From IMG/VR virus record IMGVR_UViG_3300009149_000016, positions 32,001-96,000 of that record: 64,000 nt of DNA, one strand, 5' to 3'. Positions 25,411-34,439 of this stretch are shown one piece after another. Position 1 is the stretch's first letter; the number at the start of each line of letters is the position of its first letter. The DNA is from a virus. The notes below the pieces were generated by a model. That model was not told where the DNA came from, did no database searches, and saw only the letters and a program-made list of their open reading frames with translations. Made by a program: the position numbers and the translations under genes.

Positions 25411-26571
25411 CTAGCGGACCACCTCAGCAAGGTGGGAATCCTCGATCTTTGGTACCTCGAAGACCCGAAGCTCTTCCGTCCACAGATGCACCGTCAAATC
25501 AACGTGGGCTTGGATGCGCCACTTGTCGTGAAGCTCGACGCTCGTCAGTTCCTTGAATTCAGTGAGAACGGATCCAGCCGGGTTCATAATCCCGACGACA
25601 ACGGGCGCGCTGTCGACGGACCGACAGGCCAAGCGAAGCCGTTGCATTGCCAAAGCCACCGAGGGAGGGGCCAACCACATCCGGCAATTCATTTCCTTGA
25701 ATTCGTCCATCGTGGCCGATTCCAAAAGCTGGGACCCCTCGCACATCTGCGTGATGGCGTGGGCCACGTCGTTCATCAAACCTCGGTACAGAGCCGAGAG
25801 CACCTGGTTTTTCCGGTTGAAGTGAACGTTCGTGGTCGACGGGTCCTGAATGGGGATCGTCACCAGCGGGGAAGCGTGAACGAGCCGCTTGGTCCCATGC
25901 GCTGGTACCTTATCGGAAAAGGTCATGAGCCCATGAAGATGGGCGGCGGGTCCGCTTTCCGTCAGAAGGTTTTCCAGGAAAGTTTCTCGGATCTCCTCTG
26001 CCATGGTCTTTCGGCCATTGCGGGTAGCGATCCGAAGGCGCCGGTCACCGGTCTGCACGAGAAAGTCAGTCTGGGCGCCTTTCTTGGCAAGGGTCGCCTG
26101 GTTCGCCAACTCCCGCCCCTTCTCGTGGAAGTCGTGGATGACCTGGGCTTCGATCTCAGGATGCACCCGGGGAAGGGGCGTCACCATGTTGCCCGACTCA
26201 CGAGGGACTGTGGCTGGCGTGTAGATGGCTTCCGGCGTGACCTTGCGAATCAAACGGCCGGTCTCCGTGTTGACCATGTAGATCGAACCGTCCCCACCGT
26301 CGACGACCTGTTCGTATTCGTCGGCGATGTACTGGGCAGATGCCATGGCAACCGAGAAGTCGTGACCACCCCACTTGGCGCTCAGGCGCACAGCGAGGTT
26401 GTCAGCGAGCCACGTGTTGTCCCGCTTTTCTTCGGTAAATTGGGTGAATAGAGCGGTTAGCTCTGGGTCTCGCTGGATCTCCCCCCGGGCTGCCATCAAG
26501 GCATCGGAGGGAGGCTCAGCGGTTGATAAGACGACCACATCGGTCGCCTTTTTGGTGATGTCAGTCGTCAT
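25411..26571 (-). CDS. Hypothetical protein (~386 aa)
   Basis: Start placed at ATG 26571, overlapping the end of the AAA gene. Confidence 0.7.
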   Translation of the reverse strand: MTTDITKKATDVVVLSTAEPPSDALMAARGEIQRDPELTALFTQFTEEKRDNTWLADNLAVRLSAKWGGHDFSVAMASAQYIADEYEQVVDGGDGSIYMVNTETGRLIRKVTPEAIYTPATVPRESGNMVTPLPRVHPEIEAQVIHDFHEKGRELANQATLAKKGAQTDFLVQTGDRRLRIATRNGRKTMAEEIRETFLENLLTESGPAAHLHGLMTFSDKVPAHGTKRLVHASPLVTIPIQDPSTTNVHFNRKNQVLSALYRGLMNDVAHAITQMCEGSQLLESATMDEFKEMNCRMWLAPPSVALAMQRLRLACRSVDSAPVVVGIMNPAGSVLTEFKELTSVELHDKWRIQAHVDLTVHLWTEELRVFEVPKIEDSHLAEVVR

Positions 26572-28135
26572 CGTTGGTGATGAGTCGAAGGCTTTCGCTC
26601 TTGCCATCACTGGCGAACCGAGCACGAATGCCTTCCTTGGCGTCAGGGTCATACCCAACCCACTCGATAAGCTCTTGAACCTCGTCGACCATGGTCCGAT
26701 GGATCCGGGGCTTGCTCTCCAACTCGATCTTCAGGATGTCCTGATCGAGCTTGGGCTTCTCCTGCGAAAACGATTCGACCATGGCAGCGTAGATCGCTTG
26801 CTCAATCTCACGCCCGACCATCCGTTGAGACGATTCCGCCAGCATTGCCAGGTTGTAGTCCTCCGGGTCAGCGTTGACCTTTTTCAGGTGGATCTTGAGG
26901 ATCTCGATGCGTTCCTCCTCGTTGGGCATGTCGAAGAAGAATCGCTCATCCATGCGGTTGACGAACTCGGCGGGCATGCTCGTCAAGCTGTTTGCCGTCA
27001 TCGCCAAGCACACGGGTGCTTTCGTCTCCTGAAGCCAGGTCGACAGGATGCCGATGGTCCGGCTCGTGGTACCTGCATCCGACTGTGCCGACGACGCGTT
27101 GCCCGACAAGGACTTGTCAGCTTCGTCGAGCCACACGATGCACGGGGCGACCGATTCGATCAGGCGGCATGCCCGATAGACGTTGGCTTCCGACTCGCCC
27201 ACGCCGCTCGACCGCAGCTTGCCCATCTCCATCTGGACGACCGGCAGTTGCCACGCCGCTCCCATCGCCTTGACGCTCAGGGACTTGCCGCACCCCCACA
27301 CGCCCACAGCGAGCACTCCCTTGGGCGGCTTGAGCCCGTACTCCTGCCCCTTCTCGCTCCACGTCGCCTTCTGCTTGCGGGTCCACTGCTTGAACCGCTG
27401 GACCCCGCCCACGACGTCGAAGTTGAATTCGTCCGTGTCCACGTAGGTGAGCAGATCCGTCTTGGCAAGCTGCCGGCGCCGGAATTCGGCGACATAGGAC
27501 GGGTCGATTCGCTTCGGGTCCTTCTTGTCCTTCTTGGTCTTGATGACGCTCTGCGCAATCGCCGCTCGCACCTCGAAGCTCGTAAGCCCAGCGAACACCT
27601 TGGAAGCGTTGGGCAGCGGGGGGCGCTTCAGGAATCCGCACGTTTCCGTGACGATTTCCTCGATCTCGGGATCCGTGAGCCCGTGGTCATGCACTACCTC
27701 GAAGTAGCGCGAAAGCTTCTCAGGGATCATCAACCGGGGCCCGACGAAGATCAGGATCTTGACGGTCCGGATGTTGTTGTGCAACTGGTGCACGATGTTG
27801 AGGATTCGCCGCTGCGTGTGCTCGTCCCGCAACCACCGCTCAGGGTCCGTGATGATGTAGAAGTTCTGCTCCTCACGAGGGTCATCCCGGTAGATCTTGA
27901 TCAGAGCGTCGTGGATCGAACCACACTCACGGTTCTCAGCGTGGGCTCTGGTGGACCAATCCTTCGTCAGGGCTTCGATGGGTTGCAGCCCCATGGCAGC
28001 GTTGAACACCCACGTTCGCTTGACTTGCTTGCTCAAGACCTGTTGGAATCGCAGCAGGAAGCGGTCCTCTTCGTCAGTGACGAAAAAGATGCACTTGGCG
28101 AGACTGCGGAGAAAAAAGGCTAGTTCCGAATTCAT
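26561..28135 (-). CDS. Ycf46-like AAA+ ATPase
   Basis: GVWGCGKSL, GVGESEAN, APCIVWLDEADK, TAN, RMDERFFFDMP, GREIEQ; ATG 28135 is 8 nt after a class-2 motif. Confidence 0.85.
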   Translation of the reverse strand: MNSELAFFLRSLAKCIFFVTDEEDRFLLRFQQVLSKQVKRTWVFNAAMGLQPIEALTKDWSTRAHAENRECGSIHDALIKIYRDDPREEQNFYIITDPERWLRDEHTQRRILNIVHQLHNNIRTVKILIFVGPRLMIPEKLSRYFEVVHDHGLTDPEIEEIVTETCGFLKRPPLPNASKVFAGLTSFEVRAAIAQSVIKTKKDKKDPKRIDPSYVAEFRRRQLAKTDLLTYVDTDEFNFDVVGGVQRFKQWTRKQKATWSEKGQEYGLKPPKGVLAVGVWGCGKSLSVKAMGAAWQLPVVQMEMGKLRSSGVGESEANVYRACRLIESVAPCIVWLDEADKSLSGNASSAQSDAGTTSRTIGILSTWLQETKAPVCLAMTANSLTSMPAEFVNRMDERFFFDMPNEEERIEILKIHLKKVNADPEDYNLAMLAESSQRMVGREIEQAIYAAMVESFSQEKPKLDQDILKIELESKPRIHRTMVDEVQELIEWVGYDPDAKEGIRARFASDGKSESLRLITNDDD

Positions 28136-28177
28136 GTTGTCCTCTACACCGAGTGTTCCGACCCCTGAAATGCGACA

Positions 28178-28204
28178 GCCCGTCACCAGTTGAGGGTGAC
28201 GGGC
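28178..28204 (-). terminator. 10-bp hairpin GCCCGTCACC/GGTGACGGGC, loop CTCAACT
   Basis: Perfect inverted repeat downstream of the DUF1257-like gene; no clear U-tract. Confidence 0.5.
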
Positions 28205-28244
28205 CGCAGACGGCGCACGTGTGACGTGTTCAGCCGGTGTTGTG

Positions 28245-28571
28245 TCAGCCGATGGCGTACATGAGGACGACGTTGTCGCCTTCCTGGCTCACCGACTCGA
28301 TCGTGCCGCCCTGCTTGAAAACCTCTTCCTTGTACTTGGCGAGGTTGTAGTAGCAGCGCAACTTGCTGAAGGTCGTCTGGTTGTTACCGTAGTCCGTGTC
28401 GCCCGTGATGGTGCCGTCGCGAAGGTTGATCGTCGCGTCACGCAGCCCGTTGCCGCCCGTGATGCGCAGCGTGTCGCCGCTCTCGGAGAACGAAAGGCCC
28501 GCTTCCTTCAGGGCTTCCTTCGCCAAGCGCTTGTCGGTCATGTCAATCTTGGTAGTTACTCGATGGCTCAT
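28245..28571 (-). CDS. DUF1257 (Ycf35-like) protein
   Basis: MSH..T.I.M.D...L..AL..AG pattern; context next to a Ycf46-like AAA. Confidence 0.7.
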   Translation of the reverse strand: MSHRVTTKIDMTDKRLAKEALKEAGLSFSESGDTLRITGGNGLRDATINLRDGTITGDTDYGNNQTTFSKLRCYYNLAKYKEEVFKQGGTIESVSQEGDNVVLMYAIG

Positions 28572-28609
28572 GGTATTCTCCTACACCGTGTGCGCCGCTA
28601 GAAGCGGAT

Positions 28610-28780
28610 CTAGTTCTGGATTTCCTCGACCCGGTCACACTCGGGGCCGGTCTGTTCATCGTTGATCTGGTGGCCCACGGCGGTCGTGATCTTCAAGACT
28701 TCGGAGCAATTCTGCCCGCTGCGTTCCTGAACTTCCGTGATAACTTTGTTCGTAGGGGTGAACGTGACCTTGACTCGCAT
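28610..28780 (-). CDS. DUF2997-like small protein (56 aa; missing from the ORF track)
   Basis: Manual translation MRVKVTFTPTNKVITEVQERSGQNCSEVLKITTAVG...; GGGAG RBS; G-x-x-C motif. Confidence 0.65.
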   Translation of the reverse strand: MRVKVTFTPTNKVITEVQERSGQNCSEVLKITTAVGHQINDEQTGPECDRVEEIQN

Positions 28781-28814
28781 TGTACTAGCTCCCTGGCTTG
28801 TTGCCTCATTCGGT

Positions 28815-29378
28815 TCACTTGGGGTCTACACCAGGACTGCCCAATCTTACCTGGGCTCCCGACGGAATCACAACCTCATTTGTCGGTGCCGGCTTCTTTT
28901 TGGGCTCCCAAGGATCCGTTTGCGCTGGTTTTGTAGGGGCTCCCGCTAAAACACGCCCCTGATTCATAATAGGTTGAAATTGATCCGGTGGTGGCGCCGG
29001 GTCAGTAGGGTCCATGGCATCGTCCAGAGGTAACTCCACAAGTGGCTCACGCTGCGTGTCAGGTGGCGCTTCCTCGTCCTCTTCACCCTCTTGTAGGGGG
29101 TCGATCCATTGCGCCCCTAACTCGGGCATACGCTCCTCAGGAGCGGGGGCCCCGACGAAACGCTTGGCTTTGATACCTTGGTACCGTTCGTCGAGAGGGT
29201 CCATGCGGGGAACGTCAAGAAACAGGCGGCTTTCCCAGGTTTGGGTTCGCTTGTCGAACAGGCTCTTGCCCGCCATGCTCCGATGACATTCCGTTTGAAC
29301 GCAGAATGCGCACCACGTCGCCTGGAAGTCTACCAGGGGCTCGCCTTGAGCATTGCATTCGCCTAGAAAGTCCCGCAT
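28815..29378 (-). CDS. Hypothetical protein (Cys N-domain, Pro-rich C-terminus)
   Basis: 187 aa; WCAFCVQTEC. Confidence 0.7.
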   Translation of the reverse strand: MRDFLGECNAQGEPLVDFQATWCAFCVQTECHRSMAGKSLFDKRTQTWESRLFLDVPRMDPLDERYQGIKAKRFVGAPAPEERMPELGAQWIDPLQEGEEDEEAPPDTQREPLVELPLDDAMDPTDPAPPPDQFQPIMNQGRVLAGAPTKPAQTDPWEPKKKPAPTNEVVIPSGAQVRLGSPGVDPK

Positions 29379-29394
29379 CCCCGTAACCTAGCGC

Positions 29395-32300
29395 TTAATT
29401 GTCGTCGAGCAAGCCTGGTACCCCGGTCCCCAGATTTTGCTCTCGAATGGATTGACCGAACACCTCTGCGTCGATCTTGAGGCCAATACCACGAAAGTCC
29501 GGCCCAATCAACGTGTTGCCAGCGATGTCGACCAGGTGCAGCACACTGACCGGGTTTGTCTCCGGGAACCGAGCCTTCATGGCTGCCAAGCACACGCTCT
29601 GAACCGAGACTTCGTCCAGCTTGTTGATCTTGAAGATCGCCACCTTGGGCGGCTCTTTGCGCTTGGGGAAGCTCGCCGATGGCTTCGGTGGCTCGGCTTG
29701 AGTCTCGCTGGCGCCGTGGTCGAACTTCAGGGTGAGCCAATCAGGGCTCTTGGCGTAGACCTTATCCCCCTGCCTGAAGTGGGAATCCTTGATCTCTTGC
29801 CCATCCTCATAGGCTTCGCCGTACTTCATCTGACGCCAGTCGTAAGTCGCTGCCCAGGACCGACCGAGAAGCGGTTCAACGATGAGCGGTACCTCCCACC
29901 CAACCATTCGACTGTACTCTTCCATGTAGAATTCGATGACTTCCATGATCTCTTGAGCCATGTCGTCCCGAATCTCAAACACGATTTCATCGTGGACGTT
30001 CAAGAGGATGCGTGCGCAGTCGAGACCGTTCTTGAGCCAGCCCCGCTTGTAGAATTCCCGGTGCAGCAAGATGAACGACACCTTGAGAACGTCGGCGCCC
30101 GTGTTCTTGTTGATCGCCCCCTCACACTCAAAGCGATGACCTTCATCCTGAACGGATAGAGTGAAGGTTGGACCCTCCTGAGAAAGGGTGCGGGTTTCCT
30201 TGACCCGTTGGTACCCATAGACCGGCTGGGTAATCGTCCAACCCATTGTGTCGAGCATGTGCTGAAAGGTGATGAGCGTCACGGTGCCACCCGACCGCAT
30301 GCGCAAGTAGAGATTGTAGAGAGACTCGTTGGGGAAAGCAGACCGCTTTTCCTCTGGGTAGACTTCAAGCAACTCATCGATCAGGAAAGAAGGCGCGTAC
30401 AGATCGACCATCTTCGGAAGCCGGGCCGATGTGTGCTCTACAGCAGACCGGAACATCCGCTGATTGATGTCCAAGCGGTAACTCACCTGTCCTTTGTAGG
30501 TGTATGGGCCATAAAGTGTGGAATCCACCCCTAATGTACGCAGCAAGAGCTTCACATCACGCAACAACTCTTTCTGGCAGAGGTGGATGCTGTAAGGGTC
30601 ACCATTCGTGGTGCGATGCCCATCTGAAGACATCAACCCCAACACAAACTGTTGTCGGTTGACCAACAACCCGGAGAAAATCCGAGACGAAAGTCGCTTG
30701 GTGTGAGCAGTAGCGGCGGGAATTCCCAACTCGTCAAGCCACCGAACCAAATCCACACTGTGAACACTCACGATGTATCGGGTGGAAACCTTTTCGTGTG
30801 GTTGGTGTGTGGCTTCACGAATGGTTGGGTTGAGCCCCCATCGCCGCCAGAAGCCCACACATTGATCCATTTTGGCCGTTTCATGAGCACCGAAGATGTA
30901 GTGGAGCCCATCGTCCCCCTTCCAACCATCCCCGAAGTAGTAACCCAACCAGAACCACAGGTCACCTTCATTGTCGGGAGGCATCACAGGCGTGTGCGTT
31001 GAGCGCTCGCCAGACACAAGAGGGGGGAGTGGAAGCTCAGGGAATGTGACTGGTTTGGGGATCGATGTTGCTACCATATCCCCAACACACAAATCCGAGA
31101 AATCTTTCCAGATATACCCGTGTTCCGAAAAGACAAGCACCTTGTGACGAGTATCGCAAGGGATGAGGGTTCCATCTGCAAGCTCGATCTCGGCGTATTG
31201 CCATGGGCCCATATCGCGAAGTTGGAAAGATGCCCAATTGGTCCCCGTCCAAACCCGGCAATCCTTCTGCCTGGAAAGCTCGGCAATCGTCAGGTATCCA
31301 TGATCTGTTAGGATGCGAGCCGAAGGCTGGAGACAACCTTGAATCGGATAGTTCGTCGAGTACCGCTCACATGCAGCCCGCAGCTTGTTGGCGTCCTCTT
31401 TGTTGAGGAAACGCCCCATGCTGTCCTTCGTGCCTTCTTTGCAAGCGGCATCCGGGATGGAGATCCAGCGGCCCGAAGCCGTTTTGACTCCGAGGTTGGT
31501 CTTGACGTAGGCGTGCTGCCCCTTGACCCATGTGGCGAACTTGCTGACTTTCTTGTCGAAGTTTTGCTTACGACGTCGGGCTTCCTGCTTGTTGCAACCC
31601 GTGGCCCGCATGATGGCTGCCGGCCCGCCACCGTAGACGAGCGCGAAGTTGGCAGCCTTGCCCATCTTGCGCTTGTCTGTGTCGTCCCTTGTGATGTGCG
31701 CCCCGAAGAACGCTTGAGCCGTGATTGTGTGAAGGTCACCCGTGCCGTGGATGAATTCCTTAAGCCAAACGGGTTCCTGACTCAAGTTGGTGACAATTCG
31801 AAGCTCTTGGCCTGCATAGTCGCTCTTGACTATCGTGTAGCCGGGCCGGGAGATGAACAGCCGACGCAGGCTGTGGGCGACCTTGGGACGCTTCGGGTCC
31901 TTGCGGGCAGGGATCCCGTGGATGGGAATGCTGGTACCCCCATGGTCAGACTTACCAGCGGGAGCCGAGAAACGCCCCGTCGTGGTCCCCGTCTGCTTGA
32001 AGTCGAACCGAAGCTGGTCAAACTCATCAACGTCGTGGAGCATGCCTTCCAAGTAGGTCCCGATGATCTTGTCGATCTGACGCCATTTGACGATATCGAC
32101 AAGGATATCGGGCGCATCGCCAGCCTCTGCCAGCTTCTCAAGGATGTCAGCCGACGTCGAGTATTGCTGCGAACCCGCCTTTTCAGCCGCTTTCGTGAGA
32201 GGGGGCTTGGGTTCTAAATCGAACCCCTTGCTCGTGAACAGCAAGTCACTCACTTGCGGGGGGCTGCCGGGGTTGAAGTCCTTAAACCCTACGGACTTGG

Positions 32301-33417
32301 CAACATCGACGATCCTCTTTTCGGTTTCAGCAAGCTCGATCTTTGCTTCCTCAATGAGGATGGCGACTTCCTTCAGATCGATCTTGACCCGGTTGCGGTC
32401 CATCACCCGGCAGACCTGGACGACCTTCTTTTCCATCTGGTAGGCACCAGAGAATTTCTTGTCCTTCCACGCCTTGGTGATCTCTGGGTGTCGGCAAAGA
32501 AGCAACGTACAGATGCCGTCGCCGCCGACGTATTCCTTCACGCCGAAGCTCGCCGGATCGAGAGAAGCGAAGTCGACCGTCTGCCCTCGCTCGAACAGTT
32601 CCTTCATCTCGACCATCTCGTAGGGTTCATCGTCCGGCGTCCGAAGCAACTGCTTTGCCTTGGGCTTCAGACCAATGCGCTTGTCCCCTGAGAAAATCGT
32701 GAATGCCGCAAGCATTCCGTCTTGGAAAGAACTTGGATGCCAGTAGTCGATCCCGGTGACCGGGTAGAGGAATTCTTGGTCGAACTTGGAGTGCCAGAAA
32801 CAGATGACGACCTTGCCTGGTACCGCAACCTTACCGGCAAGTGGGTCCTCTTTGGCTGACTCTGGGTCGAGGGTGGGCTGTGAGGCCAAGCACAACCGCT
32901 TGATCTGCTCTTCAACCGCTTTGACGTCTGGGATGTTCGGATTGACATCCGGTGTCAGCGGATCTGGACGGTGCCGGACGGGCAGGTAGTAGCCCGTGAC
33001 ACCGTCGACGCTCATACAGTAGCCGACGATCTTGTGCGGAGTGCTTGGGGCTCCGTTCTCATCGTAATTGATCCGGTTGTCGAAGCCCTGGGTTTCCAGG
33101 TCAAGTGAACACTCACCCGCTTCGATAGCCTCATCTACGAGCTTGACGACTTCCTCCACCGTCGAGAGCAAGACGAACTTGTGGTGTTTCATCCACGGCT
33201 TGATCACGGCTCGGGTGACAGATGCCGCCTTCAGCGTCCCATCGGCGAACATGCTCGCCGGGTCGTCCCCTACGTCGTCATCGTCATCGTCGTCCGGTTC
33301 GGGGGCCTTAGCCTTTGGGGGCTCGGGCTTGGGAGGATCAGGCTTCGGTTCCGGGACGGGTGGAAGCTCTGCGTCGTCCATGTCGAATTCGTCATCGTCG
33401 AAGTCAGACTCATCCAT
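29395..33417 (-). CDS. polA: Family A DNA polymerase with 3'-5' exonuclease, intein-containing
   Basis: DLET exonuclease motif, TTTGRFS, motif A SDYAGQELR, motif B RKMGKAANFALVYG, NYPIQG/TGAD, motif C NVHDE. Confidence 0.95.
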   Translation of the reverse strand: MDESDFDDDEFDMDDAELPPVPEPKPDPPKPEPPKAKAPEPDDDDDDDVGDDPASMFADGTLKAASVTRAVIKPWMKHHKFVLLSTVEEVVKLVDEAIEAGECSLDLETQGFDNRINYDENGAPSTPHKIVGYCMSVDGVTGYYLPVRHRPDPLTPDVNPNIPDVKAVEEQIKRLCLASQPTLDPESAKEDPLAGKVAVPGKVVICFWHSKFDQEFLYPVTGIDYWHPSSFQDGMLAAFTIFSGDKRIGLKPKAKQLLRTPDDEPYEMVEMKELFERGQTVDFASLDPASFGVKEYVGGDGICTLLLCRHPEITKAWKDKKFSGAYQMEKKVVQVCRVMDRNRVKIDLKEVAILIEEAKIELAETEKRIVDVAKSVGFKDFNPGSPPQVSDLLFTSKGFDLEPKPPLTKAAEKAGSQQYSTSADILEKLAEAGDAPDILVDIVKWRQIDKIIGTYLEGMLHDVDEFDQLRFDFKQTGTTTGRFSAPAGKSDHGGTSIPIHGIPARKDPKRPKVAHSLRRLFISRPGYTIVKSDYAGQELRIVTNLSQEPVWLKEFIHGTGDLHTITAQAFFGAHITRDDTDKRKMGKAANFALVYGGGPAAIMRATGCNKQEARRRKQNFDKKVSKFATWVKGQHAYVKTNLGVKTASGRWISIPDAACKEGTKDSMGRFLNKEDANKLRAACERYSTNYPIQGCLQPSARILTDHGYLTIAELSRQKDCRVWTGTNWASFQLRDMGPWQYAEIELADGTLIPCDTRHKVLVFSEHGYIWKDFSDLCVGDMVATSIPKPVTFPELPLPPLVSGERSTHTPVMPPDNEGDLWFWLGYYFGDGWKGDDGLHYIFGAHETAKMDQCVGFWRRWGLNPTIREATHQPHEKVSTRYIVSVHSVDLVRWLDELGIPAATAHTKRLSSRIFSGLLVNRQQFVLGLMSSDGHRTTNGDPYSIHLCQKELLRDVKLLLRTLGVDSTLYGPYTYKGQVSYRLDINQRMFRSAVEHTSARLPKMVDLYAPSFLIDELLEVYPEEKRSAFPNESLYNLYLRMRSGGTVTLITFQHMLDTMGWTITQPVYGYQRVKETRTLSQEGPTFTLSVQDEGHRFECEGAINKNTGADVLKVSFILLHREFYKRGWLKNGLDCARILLNVHDEIVFEIRDDMAQEIMEVIEFYMEEYSRMVGWEVPLIVEPLLGRSWAATYDWRQMKYGEAYEDGQEIKDSHFRQGDKVYAKSPDWLTLKFDHGASETQAEPPKPSASFPKRKEPPKVAIFKINKLDEVSVQSVCLAAMKARFPETNPVSVLHLVDIAGNTLIGPDFRGIGLKIDAEVFGQSIREQNLGTGVPGLLDDN
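30103..31335 (-). mobile_element. Intein (411 aa) with LAGLIDADG homing endonuclease
   Basis: Splits PIQG|TGAD; starts CLQPSARILT, block B CDTRHKV, LAGLIDADG blocks LGYYFGDG and VLGLMSSDG, ends INKN before Thr; more AT-rich codon use. Confidence 0.92.
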
Positions 33418-33850
33418 CGGTGTCCTCCAGGACTACAATCACATACACGCCTTTTCGCCAATGACTGAGGATGTCAGCGGTGAAGGGCGCACCTCCCACG
33501 TCGGCAGGCTCATAGCACCAAGGCATCAATTTCGAAAAGGGGTGGCACTTGTGTTTCTCGAAGAAAATGCACTTCTGGCGTTGCTCGCACTGCTTGGCCG
33601 AAGCCGGCATTTTACGAAGGGAGCCTTCCGGGGGCAACCCCAAAGCGTCGACCAACGGCTTTGTCCATCCACGGAGCGCATGATCCATCACCGACTGGGG
33701 TATGACGCTGAGTAGGGGGGCAAACGAAGTGGTCCGCACGGCGTCCCAGGTCCCCCACCCATCCTCTGACGCCCAGATGATGAACAGCGTGATCTCACCC
33801 ATCTCAGTGGTGGCGAGCGTTAGCTGTCTGGGCACGGACCTTTTCCCCAA
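33410..33850 (-). CDS. Cys-rich hypothetical protein
   Basis: CEQRQKC...C...PWC; exact start uncertain. Confidence 0.65.
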   Translation of the reverse strand: MGKRSVPRQLTLATTEMGEITLFIIWASEDGWGTWDAVRTTSFAPLLSVIPQSVMDHALRGWTKPLVDALGLPPEGSLRKMPASAKQCEQRQKCIFFEKHKCHPFSKLMPWCYEPADVGGAPFTADILSHWRKGVYVIVVLEDTDG

Positions 33851-34439
33851 TCTTGTCGAGAATCTTCTGACAACGCTTACACGCCTGGGTCGCTGTCAGC
33901 TTGTCGCTCTTCATTCCGACGTGGATTCGGTCGAGAAGCGTACAAAGGGTGAGGTACGTCCGCATGTCGAACGCCGATTTCTCAGCGAGCAACCGGTTTT
34001 CACAGGCCACAATGAGTTGCTGGTACCTCTCCAGCGCTGGATCGACCGGGATGATCTCGGGCAACTTGGGCATCGGGGGGGTCTTGAGCCCGAAGTCCTT
34101 CTCGATCGCCAACAGCATTTGAGAGAACGACCCGCTCTGCCCGTGGAATTCCTTCCACAGCCCAATCACATCCCAGCTTTTCCGGCAGTAGTAGCACCAA
34201 ATGTGGCTCTTGCTCGACGAAGTCTCAGGATAGGCCCGGGCGCTCGGCTTGTTGTCTTCCCCATGGAAGGGGCAACGGATCTGGTATTCTCGATCAGCGC
34301 TCGGTATGTCGTGATGATGGTGCTGAAGCATGTCGTATGCCGAAATGCTCGCATGGATGTTGTCGATCCGGGTTCGGATCCAATCTCGGATGAGCTTCCC
34401 TCGAAGAATCTCGTCCCGGGCTTCGTCCTCAAAGCTCAT
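33804..34439 (-). CDS. Stand-alone CHC2 zinc-finger (primase Zn-binding domain) protein
   Basis: CPFHGEDNKPS...WCYYC...WDVI; no TOPRIM motifs visible. Confidence 0.8.
   Translation of the reverse strand: MSFEDEARDEILRGKLIRDWIRTRIDNIHASISAYDMLQHHHHDIPSADREYQIRCPFHGEDNKPSARAYPETSSSKSHIWCYYCRKSWDVIGLWKEFHGQSGSFSQMLLAIEKDFGLKTPPMPKLPEIIPVDPALERYQQLIVACENRLLAEKSAFDMRTYLTLCTLLDRIHVGMKSDKLTATQACKRCQKILDKIGEKVRAQTANARHH

Noticed and set aside
26010-26045. LRIATRNG in the 386-aa protein as a tag copy, and a possible capsid/encapsulin-like fold for this protein
   Set aside because: It lacks the aromatic residue and is mid-domain; the fold resemblance is too faint to claim without a profile search
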